Shown here one piece after another: positions 29,166 to 38,490 of a stretch of DNA of 64,000 nucleotides (the first letter of the stretch is position 1; each line of letters opens with the position of its first letter). The notes under the pieces were generated by a model that was given only the letters and a program-made list of their open reading frames with translations, made no database searches and was not told where the DNA came from. Origin of the DNA: an uncultured Nitrososphaeria archaeon (GTDB lineage Archaea > Thermoproteota > Nitrososphaeria_A > Caldarchaeales > Wolframiiraptoraceae); contig CAYTSD010000001.1 of NCBI GenBank assembly GCA_964440495.1, positions 3,104 to 67,103 of the forward strand, read 5' to 3'. The position numbers and the translations under genes are program-made.

Positions 29166-29591
29166 GTGCCGCGGTCGAGGAAGCGTAAGCCCTCTAAGAG
29201 GCGTGGGAAGGCTGAGACGCTGCTGGGGACCCTGACATCTGAGAGCTTCCAGAAAGCCGTGATAGTGGCGTTGGTCTTCGCTATACTTCTCCTGCTAAGC
29301 GGCGTCACCTATTCCTTTACTGCCAGAAACCCTGTCTCAATAGTCTTCCTCCCAGGCGGTGGCATAAGGGTCTTTCTCTGGAGCATGAGCGCCCAAACCC
29401 ATGCAGAGACAATGGTAATCCTACTCTATTACATGCTTGGAGCAGGTGGGCTGTGGCTATACGTGAATGCGGCTACAAAACCCTTCAATCCTAGAAGCAC
29501 GAAATACATGCTCTTCTTCAGCTTTCTCTTACTCCTCCTCTCAGGTCTCGGGCTCTACAACGCCTACGTAGCCAAATATATCTCACCCTAG
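29166..29591 (+). CDS. Small 3-TM membrane protein with Arg/Lys-rich N-terminus (hypothetical)
   Basis: GTG start. RSRKRKPSKRRGK is followed by three hydrophobic helices. A TATA-like ttatatag lies about 25 nt upstream. Confidence 0.45.
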   Translation: MPRSRKRKPSKRRGKAETLLGTLTSESFQKAVIVALVFAILLLLSGVTYSFTARNPVSIVFLPGGGIRVFLWSMSAQTHAETMVILLYYMLGAGGLWLYVNAATKPFNPRSTKYMLFFSFLLLLLSGLGLYNAYVAKYISP

Positions 29592-30253
29592 TCGAGGCAT
29601 GGAGCAACCCCGCCGTCCACAATCTCAAACCTTATAGGCCCAACCTTCACAGGCTTCTCGACATATGCGTAGGAGCATCTTCTACTCATCGGCTTAGTAA
29701 TTTTTATGATTGTGTCCGACCAGTAGGTTAGGATTCTCTGGGCCACGAGCCTTGCCTCCCCTGTATCTGGCAGTGTGTGAACCTGACCCACCACGACCAC
29801 CGCTAGCCTGTTCCTTGAAGCCGCCTCCTTCAAAGCAGCAATCTGGAAGGCAAGCCTCTTATAGACTCTAACATCCTTCCTCGCATCCCCTGTAAGCTCG
29901 ATTCTATGTTGGTAGGTGAAGTCGTCGAAGATGATGAGTGGAAAGGAGGGGGGTTTATCGTGGAGACTTAGGATAATTTCCTCCTGCTGTAGAAAGTTTC
30001 CAATCACCGAGACGGAGACCCTTGAAGGGTCAGCCCCGTTTGCTTCAAGTACTTGGAGGAGACGCTGAGGATGAAGCCTTCCAGAGCAGTCAACATAGCC
30101 CGCCTGCCCAGCCTTTTTAGCAGCTAATGCGCAGACCTTCAAGGCCAGGCTCGTCTTCCCAGACTTCTCCTCCCCATAGATTAGGGTAACCTTCCCTCCC
30201 CGAATTCCTCCGCCGAGAGCCTCATCAAGCTCCGGGATCCCCGTCGAAAACAC
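29588..30253 (-). CDS. radB: RadB-like RecA-superfamily recombination/repair ATPase
   Basis: A 221-aa protein starting GIPELDEALGGGI..G.VT.IYGE.KSGKT (Walker A) with no N-terminal HhH domain, consistent with RadB rather than RadA. Confidence 0.7.
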   Translation of the reverse strand: MFSTGIPELDEALGGGIRGGKVTLIYGEEKSGKTSLALKVCALAAKKAGQAGYVDCSGRLHPQRLLQVLEANGADPSRVSVSVIGNFLQQEEIILSLHDKPPSFPLIIFDDFTYQHRIELTGDARKDVRVYKRLAFQIAALKEAASRNRLAVVVVGQVHTLPDTGEARLVAQRILTYWSDTIIKITKPMSRRCSYAYVEKPVKVGPIRFEIVDGGVAPCLD

Positions 30254-30438
30254 TTCACCTACATAGACCCTTCATGAGGATAATAATTATTCCTTTTCCA
30301 GCTCCTGTTTAGACGTAGAATATTCAGTAGAAGAAGCATCGTTATGCCATCATCTCCTATGGCAACCGCCGACCAGAGATATCACGGATGCGGGGAATAT
30401 ATCAGGTGAAGGCTGCCTTCATGTCTTTGTAAACTTCT

Positions 30439-31692
30439 TTAAGGCCATATTCCAAGCGTTGTTACTGCCTCAGCGACCCTTGAGACCGCGAGTAGTAATG
30501 CGCCCTTCCTCATGCTTACACCATACTTTTTAGACTCTTCGAGAACGTCGTTGAACGACTTAACCATTCTTCTATCAAGTCTATCCAAGACTTCTTCTCT
30601 AGTCCATCTAACCTTCTGAACATTCTGAACCCATTCAAGATAGCTTACAGTTACTCCGCCTGCATTGGCCAGAATATCTGGGACAACTTTAACTCCCTTT
30701 TGCTCCAGAATCTCATCGGCCTCGGGTGTTGTAGGCCCATTTGCTCCTTCAACAATTACCTTAGCCTTCACATCGTCGGCGTTTTTCTCGGTTATCTGCC
30801 TCTCGATAGCTGCTGGGATGAGGAAGTCGACGCTGAGCGCTAAAAGCTCTTGGTTGGTTATGTTTTGAGCTCCCTCGAATCCGACAACGCTTCCAGTCTT
30901 CTTCTTATGCTCCATAACCTTCTCTGGGATAAGCCCATCATTCGACAGTATCCCACCCTTCGAGTCACTTACGGCAACTATCTTCGCACCCCATTCATGG
31001 AGTATGCGGGCGGTATTGTATCCGACGTTTCCATAGCCTTGCACGGCGACAGTCGCATTCTTGAACGATATTCCATATCTCTTCGCTGCCTCTCTAACGC
31101 ATACAGCGACTCCGTATGCCGTTGCCTCCTCTCTACCTTCGCTTCCACCGAGATAGACAGGCTTGCCCGTGACAACCTCGGGGGTAGGCTGACCCCTAAT
31201 CTGGCTATAGGTATCCATTATCCAAGCCATCGTCTGAGGGTCTGTATAGATGTCTGGAGCAGGGATGTCGGCTACCGGGCCTATTACGTCGTAGATTGCC
31301 GCGGTATATCTCCGGGTGAGTCTCTCAAGCTCTGTCTTAGACATCTCCTTGGGATTGCATCTAACCCCGCCTTTCGCGCCTCCATAGGGAAGGTCGACGA
31401 CGGCGGATTTCCAAGTCATCAGGATTGCGAGGGCTGTAACCTCATCAAGGTTAACGTGAGGATGATATCTTATACCGCCCTTGTATGGGCCACGTGCATT
31501 ATTGTGTTGAACCCTATAGCCTACGAATACTTTCACCGAGCCGTCATCCATCTTCACTGGGACAGAGACTATTAAAGCCCGCTTAGGAGTCCTCAGAAAC
31601 TCTTTAACCCCCTCATCTATTCCAAGAGTATCCGCAACATCATCGAATTGTTTCAAAACAGAGTCCAGAAACTCACGGCCAGATAGCTCCAT
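30439..31692 (-). CDS. gdhA: Glutamate dehydrogenase
   Basis: Catalytic GGIRYHPHVNLDEV...LPYGGAKGG and dinucleotide fold GYGNVG. Length is 417 aa. Confidence 0.95.
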   Translation of the reverse strand: MELSGREFLDSVLKQFDDVADTLGIDEGVKEFLRTPKRALIVSVPVKMDDGSVKVFVGYRVQHNNARGPYKGGIRYHPHVNLDEVTALAILMTWKSAVVDLPYGGAKGGVRCNPKEMSKTELERLTRRYTAAIYDVIGPVADIPAPDIYTDPQTMAWIMDTYSQIRGQPTPEVVTGKPVYLGGSEGREEATAYGVAVCVREAAKRYGISFKNATVAVQGYGNVGYNTARILHEWGAKIVAVSDSKGGILSNDGLIPEKVMEHKKKTGSVVGFEGAQNITNQELLALSVDFLIPAAIERQITEKNADDVKAKVIVEGANGPTTPEADEILEQKGVKVVPDILANAGGVTVSYLEWVQNVQKVRWTREEVLDRLDRRMVKSFNDVLEESKKYGVSMRKGALLLAVSRVAEAVTTLGIWP

Positions 31693-31825
31693 AAAATCTC
31701 ACATAAACATTTTTTTCTAAAGCGGTATTTATGTTTGCAAATTTGAACCCTTGGCCAAAGTCTTGGGCTTCCAGCCTCAGATCGGGTGCATGATGCTATT
31801 GAGAGGAGTCTTTCATAGGTTAAAG

Positions 31826-31834
31826 ATTTATTAT
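31826..31834 (+). promoter_or_regulatory. Putative TATA box (aagatttattat) for the PRTase gene
   Basis: An AT-rich octamer sits about 20-27 nt upstream of the internal ATG at 31854. It lies in the divergent gdh/PRTase intergenic region. Confidence 0.3.
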
Positions 31835-31853
31835 GGTTAAGAGAATTCATAGT

Positions 31854-32456
31854 ATGGAAATCTTTGAGGTTGGGGGTCACCGTTATCTTAAGGTTTCATG
31901 GGGTAGGCTAGAGGAGCTCGTCGAGATGCTTGCTGAGAAGGTGTCGAAGGGTGATCGACCAGACCTTCTTATCGGGATACTGAGAGGTGGAATGACCGTT
32001 GCCCATCTCCTCTCAGACATTCTAGGGTATGATGAGATTTACCCTATTGGGTGTTCGAGCTATGTTGATGTTAGGGAGAAGAGGGAGCTACGTGTCTATA
32101 GTCCGCTGGTGCTGAGAGACTTAAGCGGGAAACGCGTCCTCGTGGTGGATGATGTCGCCGACAGCGGTGGAACACTGAGAGAGATAGTTAGACGCGAGGT
32201 TATGCCTAAGAATCCCCTGGAGGTGAAGACCGCAACCCTCCACATAAAGCCTTGGAGCACATTCAAGCCAGACTACTATGTCGAGGTCACCGACGCATGG
32301 ATAGTATATCCATGGGAGAAGCATGAGATTATGCGGCAGCTTGGCCCCACATTCATCGAGCATCTAGGGGTTGAGAGAGGGGTTGAGGAGCTCGCGGAGC
32401 TCGTTGGAAAAGAGGCTAAGAAAGTTAGGAAAGTCGTATTGACAGCCAGAGAATAG
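31854..32456 (+). CDS. Purine phosphoribosyltransferase (hypoxanthine/guanine/xanthine PRT-like)
   Basis: PRPP-binding motif VLVVDDVADSGGTL. The ORF track starts at 31833. The internal Met at 31854 is preferred because of the upstream TATA. Confidence 0.7.
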   Translation: MEIFEVGGHRYLKVSWGRLEELVEMLAEKVSKGDRPDLLIGILRGGMTVAHLLSDILGYDEIYPIGCSSYVDVREKRELRVYSPLVLRDLSGKRVLVVDDVADSGGTLREIVRREVMPKNPLEVKTATLHIKPWSTFKPDYYVEVTDAWIVYPWEKHEIMRQLGPTFIEHLGVERGVEELAELVGKEAKKVRKVVLTARE

Positions 32457-32495
32457 AGTTATATTACCAGCTTTCTCAAACTCTGGTAAAGAGTC

Positions 32496-33812
32496 ATGAA
32501 GGTCTACGCGGAGGTCTATGGATGCGCAGCCAACATGGCTGACGGAGAGATAGCCATAGGACTGCTCAAAAGAAGTGGTCACACAATAGTTAAAGACCCT
32601 GAGGAGGCGGATGCAATACTTCTAGTAACATGCACCGTTAAGAAGCCTACAAGCGATAGAATGCTTCACAGAATCCGTGTCCTGAGAAGGCTTGGTAAGA
32701 GGCTTATCGTGGCTGGATGCATGGCCTCGGGAGAGCCTGACAAAGTAAGGGAAGCGGCGCCGGAGGCGGTGCTACTACATCCCAGAGCAATAACCCATGT
32801 AACCGAGGCTCTGGAAGGCCGCAGCATAATCTCCGAGGAGCCCGTCGTCAAGCTAGGCCTCCCGAGAGTTAGGAGAAATCCCATAGTCTCGATAATCCCG
32901 GTCTCAGAGGGATGTAGGTGGAGGAGATGCAGCTTCTGCATAGTGGCTAGAACACGTGGAAGCTTCACAAGCTACCCGCTTCAACTAATCCTGGAAGAAG
33001 CAAAACAGGCGCTGAAAGAGAATGTTAGGGAGATATGGCTCACAAGCCAAGACATGGGAAGCTATGGAATAGAGTCGGGGAGAAGCCTCCTACCCAGCCT
33101 CATAGAATCCGTCGCATCACTTAAAGGAGTATTCATGGTAAGAGTAGGGATGATGAACCCAATATATCTCAAACCAATATTGCGAGATCTCGCCCAATCA
33201 TATCTAAACCCAAAGGTCTTCAAATTCCTCCACCTCCCAGTTCAATCAGGTTCAGAGAAAGTTTTGAGAGATATGCGGAGAGGACACACGGTTAAGCTCT
33301 TCAAAGAAATAGTAAATTATATGCGCTCCAAGGTTCCAGGCCTAACGCTTTCAACAGATTTAATCGTAGGATACCCGACGGAAGATGAAGACGACTTCGA
33401 GGAAACCCTGAAACTTGTCGAAGAAATAAAGCCTGAAGCTGTCAATATATCGAAGTTCTATGCGAGGCCTGGTACTCCAGCCGAGAAGCTCAAGCCCCTA
33501 GATACCAAGTTAATAAAGAATAGAAGCCGCATACTCACAGAGCTGACTAGGAGGGTTGCCCTAGAGGCGAATGAGAGATGGATAGGCTGGAGTGGAATAG
33601 CTTTAGTCGATGAGGTAGGTGGAAAAGGGGAGGCCATAGCGAGAAACCAGAGCTATAAACCCATAATCCTAAATGAAGACGGGGGAAAACTTCTTGGAAG
33701 ATTCGTTGAAGTGGAGATTCTAGATGCTCACCCCTACTGCCTAATAGGGAGGTTGAAGAAAGTAGTTGAAGAACCGTTGACAATAGAGGCTCGGAGCCAG
33801 CTCCTCCTCTAA
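32496..33812 (+). CDS. MiaB/MtaB-family radical-SAM methylthiotransferase
   Basis: MTTase N-domain Cys triad (VYGCAAN, LVTCTVKK, VAGCMASG), radical-SAM cluster CRWRRCSFC and a C-terminal TRAM-like region. Confidence 0.85.
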   Translation: MKVYAEVYGCAANMADGEIAIGLLKRSGHTIVKDPEEADAILLVTCTVKKPTSDRMLHRIRVLRRLGKRLIVAGCMASGEPDKVREAAPEAVLLHPRAITHVTEALEGRSIISEEPVVKLGLPRVRRNPIVSIIPVSEGCRWRRCSFCIVARTRGSFTSYPLQLILEEAKQALKENVREIWLTSQDMGSYGIESGRSLLPSLIESVASLKGVFMVRVGMMNPIYLKPILRDLAQSYLNPKVFKFLHLPVQSGSEKVLRDMRRGHTVKLFKEIVNYMRSKVPGLTLSTDLIVGYPTEDEDDFEETLKLVEEIKPEAVNISKFYARPGTPAEKLKPLDTKLIKNRSRILTELTRRVALEANERWIGWSGIALVDEVGGKGEAIARNQSYKPIILNEDGGKLLGRFVEVEILDAHPYCLIGRLKKVVEEPLTIEARSQLLL

Positions 33813-33890
33813 CTCAAAAATTTAAATATAAAGTTCCCCCCATCTCTAATCCGGCCTCCGCAAAATCTCAAGTATGAGAGATGAGAGGGG

Positions 33891-34733
33891 ATGGTGAAGT
33901 ATCTGGATAGAATCTATGAGGAGGCAAGTAAAGAATTCGGCAAGCCCTATTACAGAAATTTACCCTTCATCGAGGCGTTGGCGATAATGATAATCGTCGG
34001 TAGAGGGATGGCGGAGAGTATAGAGATATTCCCATACTCGGTGAACAGGCTCCTAGTGTCTATGGCTAATCGGTGGGCTTACTCAACCGCTCCACTCATC
34101 GACGAGATTTACAGGCGTCTAGGATACATATTCTCCCCCGACGTCGCCTTAATGCATAAACTTCCCTCAGAAAACCCTCTCTACCCCCTTCCCGTCTGGA
34201 TGATCTCTCTATGGAGCTTCACAATATGCTACACCCTCACATACTGGCTACTCTTTACCTCGGTAACGTATCTTCTTGGAAGATTGATTGGAGGTAGAGG
34301 GTCTTTCATAAGACTGCTAACCTGGCTCGGGATCTCTCATATCGGTATGATTAACTGGTGGTTCTATGCGGGATGCGAGATGCTATACGAACTAGTAGAG
34401 CAGGAGATTTACCTCAACCCCATCCCACCCTACACACCCATAAAGACCAGAATTCCCACCCCTTGGGGAGCTCTCCCCACATTTCTCCCAGTCGAAGGAT
34501 TCTGGGCTGGATACGGAATGGCCGTGGCATCCATGATCCTAACACTTGGACTAATCTACGGATTTACAAAAAGAGAACTAAAACTAACCCCATCTAAAAC
34601 AATACTCACAATAATCCCATGGATACTCTTCCTATCCATAGTAGTCCTAGCTGGAAGCATGAACATAGACGAGATCACAGCCGCATTAGATAGATATGTT
34701 AGAATCGGGAAAGCTTGGAGATGGTTCCCATGA
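33891..34733 (+). CDS. Polytopic membrane protein (Yip1-like?)
   Basis: About 6 TM helices after a cytoplasmic N-terminus. Only weak Yip1/DUF1282 resemblance. Confidence 0.35.
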   Translation: MVKYLDRIYEEASKEFGKPYYRNLPFIEALAIMIIVGRGMAESIEIFPYSVNRLLVSMANRWAYSTAPLIDEIYRRLGYIFSPDVALMHKLPSENPLYPLPVWMISLWSFTICYTLTYWLLFTSVTYLLGRLIGGRGSFIRLLTWLGISHIGMINWWFYAGCEMLYELVEQEIYLNPIPPYTPIKTRIPTPWGALPTFLPVEGFWAGYGMAVASMILTLGLIYGFTKRELKLTPSKTILTIIPWILFLSIVVLAGSMNIDEITAALDRYVRIGKAWRWFP

Positions 34734-35434
34734 CTCAGAAAACTTTTCTCGAAACACCTAGGAAGCTTATGAGAGAGATTCCATGGGATCCCATCAGGAA
34801 GGTTTCCCTCTTCCTTTCTCTTTTAATATTTGTCGGCACAATCTCCTACACCGAGCTGCTTAGAGACCCTACTATTGAGTGGGGTTGGTGGTGGCTTTGG
34901 TTCGGTTTTTTCCTCACTCTACTTCCAATACTCATGGGGAGGGTTGCCTGCGGATGGTTCTGCCCCTACGCCGCGTTACACGACATATTCTTCACCAAGC
35001 TAAAGCATCCGAGGCTACAGTGGCCCAGTAAACTCAGGAACATACGCTTTCCACTGCTTTTCGCTCTACTCGGCGTGATAGCAACGGTTGAAATCTTCTG
35101 GGAATGGGACTTCTTCATATGGTATTGCCGGGTCTTCCTAGTCCTAGCAATTATCTGGGGCTTACTGTTCCCGCCGAGAGACTGGTGTAAGTATCTCTGC
35201 CCTCTCGGAGCATACGCCCAGCTATATGCGAGGGTCAGGGTTCTCGGAGTAAAGGTTGATCCTGAAAGCTGTAGGAAGTGTGGGCGATGCATATGCGGTG
35301 AGAAGTGCTTGATAGATGTTGACTGGGACAATGTTGTAAATAACACGGGGATAACTCCAGACTACTGCATCGTATGTCTCAACTGCGTGAACTCATGTCC
35401 ATTTGGAGCGGTCTATGCTTGGAGGGTTCATTAG
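34715..35434 (+). CDS. NapH/FixG/MauN-like membrane polyferredoxin (two 4Fe-4S sites)
   Basis: CGWFCPY and CKYLCPLGA motifs sit in TM loops. C-terminal CRKCGRCICGEKC and CIVCLNCVNSCP ferredoxin motifs are also present. Confidence 0.65.
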   Translation: MEMVPMTQKTFLETPRKLMREIPWDPIRKVSLFLSLLIFVGTISYTELLRDPTIEWGWWWLWFGFFLTLLPILMGRVACGWFCPYAALHDIFFTKLKHPRLQWPSKLRNIRFPLLFALLGVIATVEIFWEWDFFIWYCRVFLVLAIIWGLLFPPRDWCKYLCPLGAYAQLYARVRVLGVKVDPESCRKCGRCICGEKCLIDVDWDNVVNNTGITPDYCIVCLNCVNSCPFGAVYAWRVH

Positions 35435-36635
35435 CAAGGTTTTTAACAATGCTTTCCTCAATAATGTTCAGGGAATAATTTTGCGCTATGACGTTATCGT
35501 AGCTCACTATGGAGAGGTTACTCTAAAACGTGGGAAGAGAGCAGCGTTCGAGAGGCTTCTAGCAAGAAATCTAGCGGATGTAACAGGTAAGAGAGTTGAG
35601 AGAATTCAGGGCAGACTAATAGTCCTGCTAGATGATTCTCAGGAGCTGGATAGTCTATTGGAGAAGGTTCGGAGGGTGTTCGGGATAGTCTGGTATGCTC
35701 CAGCAATACATGTTAGAGGAGATTACAGCGAGCTGGAGAAACGTGTCGTCGAAGCGCTTAGGGAGATTATGCCTGGAAGCTTTAAGATCGAGGCGAGGAG
35801 AAGCGATAAATCCTTCCCATTAACCTCGATAGAGCTTTCCAGAAGGCTTGGGAAACGGGTTGTGTCGGAGCTCGGGCTCCATGTGGATTTGAAGAACCCT
35901 GAGCGGGTGGTCTTCGTGGAGGTAACTGAGGGGGGCTTCTACGTCTCATTTGAGAAGCTTAGGGGGCTCGGCGGGCTTCCAGTCGGAGCTTCAGGCAGGG
36001 TTTTAGCCCTCCTCTCAGGGGGGATAGACTCTCCTGTCGCCGCCTGGCTTATGATGAAGCGCGGATGCCTCGTAGACCTACTCCACTTCTACGCGCTTCC
36101 ACCCTCAGATGTGAAGGCCTCGAAGATTCCTGAGATAGCGCGGCTTCTCTCGGAGTATGGCATGAGGATTAGGCTCCATCTAGCTCCCTTCGAGAGCTTC
36201 CGCCTAAGAGGAGTTGAGATGCCTCTCCGGATGAGGCTCGTAATGTTTAGAGCATACATGCTCAAGGTCGCCGAACACTTAGCCGAGAGAGAAAACTATC
36301 TAGGAATAGTTACAGGCGATAGCCTGGGTCAGGTTGCCTCACAGACACTTGAGAACCTTAGAGCCATTTCAGCCCTCATCAAAATCCCTGTCTACAGGCC
36401 TCTACTAGGCTTCGACAAACAGGAGATAACAGACCTCGCAAAACGTATAGGAACCTACGACCTATCCATTAAGGAGTATATCGACTGCTGCGCAATAGTT
36501 GCCAGGCATCCTGAGACCCGTGCTAGACCTGAAAAAGTTGAGGAATTTTGGAGAAGGTTTGGAATGGATGAGGCGGTTGAAGAAACGTTAAACGGGATTG
36601 AAACGCTTGAATTCAAACTCGGTGAAGAGGTCTAG
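35403..36635 (+). CDS. thiI: tRNA 4-thiouridine sulfurtransferase ThiI (THUMP + PP-loop)
   Basis: PP-loop LSGGIDSPVAAW and an N-terminal THUMP region. The ORF overlaps the preceding gene. An in-frame TTG at 35481 gives a typical ThiI N-terminus (MRYDVIVAHYGE). Confidence 0.85.
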   Translation: MERSMLGGFISKVFNNAFLNNVQGIILRYDVIVAHYGEVTLKRGKRAAFERLLARNLADVTGKRVERIQGRLIVLLDDSQELDSLLEKVRRVFGIVWYAPAIHVRGDYSELEKRVVEALREIMPGSFKIEARRSDKSFPLTSIELSRRLGKRVVSELGLHVDLKNPERVVFVEVTEGGFYVSFEKLRGLGGLPVGASGRVLALLSGGIDSPVAAWLMMKRGCLVDLLHFYALPPSDVKASKIPEIARLLSEYGMRIRLHLAPFESFRLRGVEMPLRMRLVMFRAYMLKVAEHLAERENYLGIVTGDSLGQVASQTLENLRAISALIKIPVYRPLLGFDKQEITDLAKRIGTYDLSIKEYIDCCAIVARHPETRARPEKVEEFWRRFGMDEAVEETLNGIETLEFKLGEEV

Positions 36636-37801
36636 GGTTCACCTCTAAATGCTTTCGTAACAATCTCCTCAACATCTTCACGTGTCAAAGGCTTCGGGAT
36701 CTTCTCTAGAAGCCTGCGATACTTGAACCCCTCCTCAATAATCTTATCAAACTCCTCTTCAGGCACCCCAGCATCTATTAGACTCATAGGTAGGTTCGAC
36801 GCCTCCTTAAACTCCTTCAATCTTTCAAGCAGTATTCCAGCCGCCTCGTCACCGTCTCTAACCCTCTTCTTCTCAACCGCTTCAACAAGCCTTATCGTCT
36901 TCTCGGGCATAAGCTTACATGATTTCTCCAATACCTGGGCTAGGAACAATGCGTTGGCGAGTCCATGGGGTATGCCGTATCTCTCTGTGAGGTAGTGCCC
37001 CAATGCGTGGGCTGCGGTTGTCCCTGGAATGTTTATGGCTAAGCCTGCGAGCATGCTTCCATAGAGGAGCCTCTCCCTCGAATCAATGTCTCCTTCATAT
37101 CCCCTAACAAAGTTCTGGAAGATTATCTTCAAGGCTTCCACCGCGAAGATGTCTGAGAACTCTGTTGAATACTTGTTGAAGTAGGCTTCAACTGCGTGGG
37201 ATACTGCGTCCATAACTGTGTGGGCTATGAGTTCCTTTGGAGCGAACTTGAGGGTCTCGGCGTCGAGTATTGAGAGAACAGGCGTTATAGGCTCTCCTAG
37301 AATAGTTCTCTTCTCAAGCCCCTTGGATATAACCGAATACTTCGTCACCTCACTTCCCGTTCCACATGTCGTCGGGATAGCTACTATTGGTAGGACGGGA
37401 GGCTTAACAGGCTCATGTGTAAGGTCGAAGAAATAGTCCTCAGCCCTACCTCCATGAGATGCGATAACGGAGATTGCCTTCGCAGCGTCCATAGCGCTTC
37501 CGCCGCCGAACCCCACGATGAAATCAACCTCAGCCTCTCTAGCTACTCTCGCCCCCCTCTCAACTGTCTCAGCCGATGGATTAGGTTCAACACCCTCGAA
37601 GACCTCTACACCGAACCCCCTCGACTCCAAGCTCTCCCTAATCTTATCCAAGTATCCTGAAGTCCTGGCGAATCTCCTACCAGTGACAAGCAGGGCCTTA
37701 CCCTTCAACCCTATCTCCGCAGCAGCTTCACCAACTCTCTCGACAGAGCCTCTTCCAAAGATAACCCTCCTAGTAAATATCATGTCAAATTCTAACGCCA
37801 T
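36632..37801 (-). CDS. Iron-containing (type III) alcohol dehydrogenase
   Basis: Fe-ADH signatures GGGSAMDAAK and His-rich metal-site motifs. Length is 389 aa. Confidence 0.85.
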   Translation of the reverse strand: MALEFDMIFTRRVIFGRGSVERVGEAAAEIGLKGKALLVTGRRFARTSGYLDKIRESLESRGFGVEVFEGVEPNPSAETVERGARVAREAEVDFIVGFGGGSAMDAAKAISVIASHGGRAEDYFFDLTHEPVKPPVLPIVAIPTTCGTGSEVTKYSVISKGLEKRTILGEPITPVLSILDAETLKFAPKELIAHTVMDAVSHAVEAYFNKYSTEFSDIFAVEALKIIFQNFVRGYEGDIDSRERLLYGSMLAGLAINIPGTTAAHALGHYLTERYGIPHGLANALFLAQVLEKSCKLMPEKTIRLVEAVEKKRVRDGDEAAGILLERLKEFKEASNLPMSLIDAGVPEEEFDKIIEEGFKYRRLLEKIPKPLTREDVEEIVTKAFRGEP

Positions 37802-37869
37802 ACCCGGTGTCTCATCCAGGTCTCCAGTTTTTAAACTTAAAAATGGATTCTCTCACGGTAGGGGCGTCT

Positions 37870-38490
37870 ATGCGGGTGGCTCTCGTAGGAGGGACAGGCG
37901 GCCTCGGGCCAGGTTTAGCTGCTCGATGGCTTCTCTCAGATATTGAGGTGATTATTGGGTCGAGGGTGAGGGAACGTGCTCAAGAAACCGCTTCGAAGAT
38001 TTCACGTCTAGTTGATAGAGATGTTGAGGGGATGCTTAACCAAGAGGCTGTTGAAGAGGCTGAGATAATCGTTCTCACAATACCCTTCAAAGGCGTTGAA
38101 CCCACCTTGAAGAGTCTCTCAAACCATCTCAAAGGAAAGACGATAATCTCTCCAATAGTCTCACCCAGCCCTGCTCCAGGAACCTCCGCTGGAGAGCTTG
38201 TTAGAAGACTTTCTCCAGACTCTGCCAAGGTTGCGTCAGCTTTCCAGAACGTTGGGGCACATGCTCTAGCCGAGTTGGAGAAGCCTATCGACTGCGACGT
38301 AGTTGTCTGCGGAGACCCTGAGGCGAGGGAGACTGCCGCCAAGCTCGTCGAGAAGATTCCAAACCTAAGAGCGTTAGATGGAGGCGGGATAGAGAACTCA
38401 TGGATAATAGAGGCACTCACCCACCTACTAATCCGACTAAACAAACGCTATAGAAGACGCTCCATAGGGGTGAGATTCACTGGACTCTAG
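37870..38490 (+). CDS. NADPH-dependent F420 reductase (Fno/NPD family)-like Rossmann protein
   Basis: MRVALVGGTGGLG dinucleotide fold and about 205-aa length typical of Fno. The ORF track begins upstream at 37807. Confidence 0.6.
   Translation: MRVALVGGTGGLGPGLAARWLLSDIEVIIGSRVRERAQETASKISRLVDRDVEGMLNQEAVEEAEIIVLTIPFKGVEPTLKSLSNHLKGKTIISPIVSPSPAPGTSAGELVRRLSPDSAKVASAFQNVGAHALAELEKPIDCDVVVCGDPEARETAAKLVEKIPNLRALDGGGIENSWIIEALTHLLIRLNKRYRRRSIGVRFTGL

Noticed and set aside
30850-31575. 241-aa ORF antisense to glutamate dehydrogenase
   Set aside because: gdhA on the minus strand is unambiguous. The long antisense frame is a consequence of codon bias.
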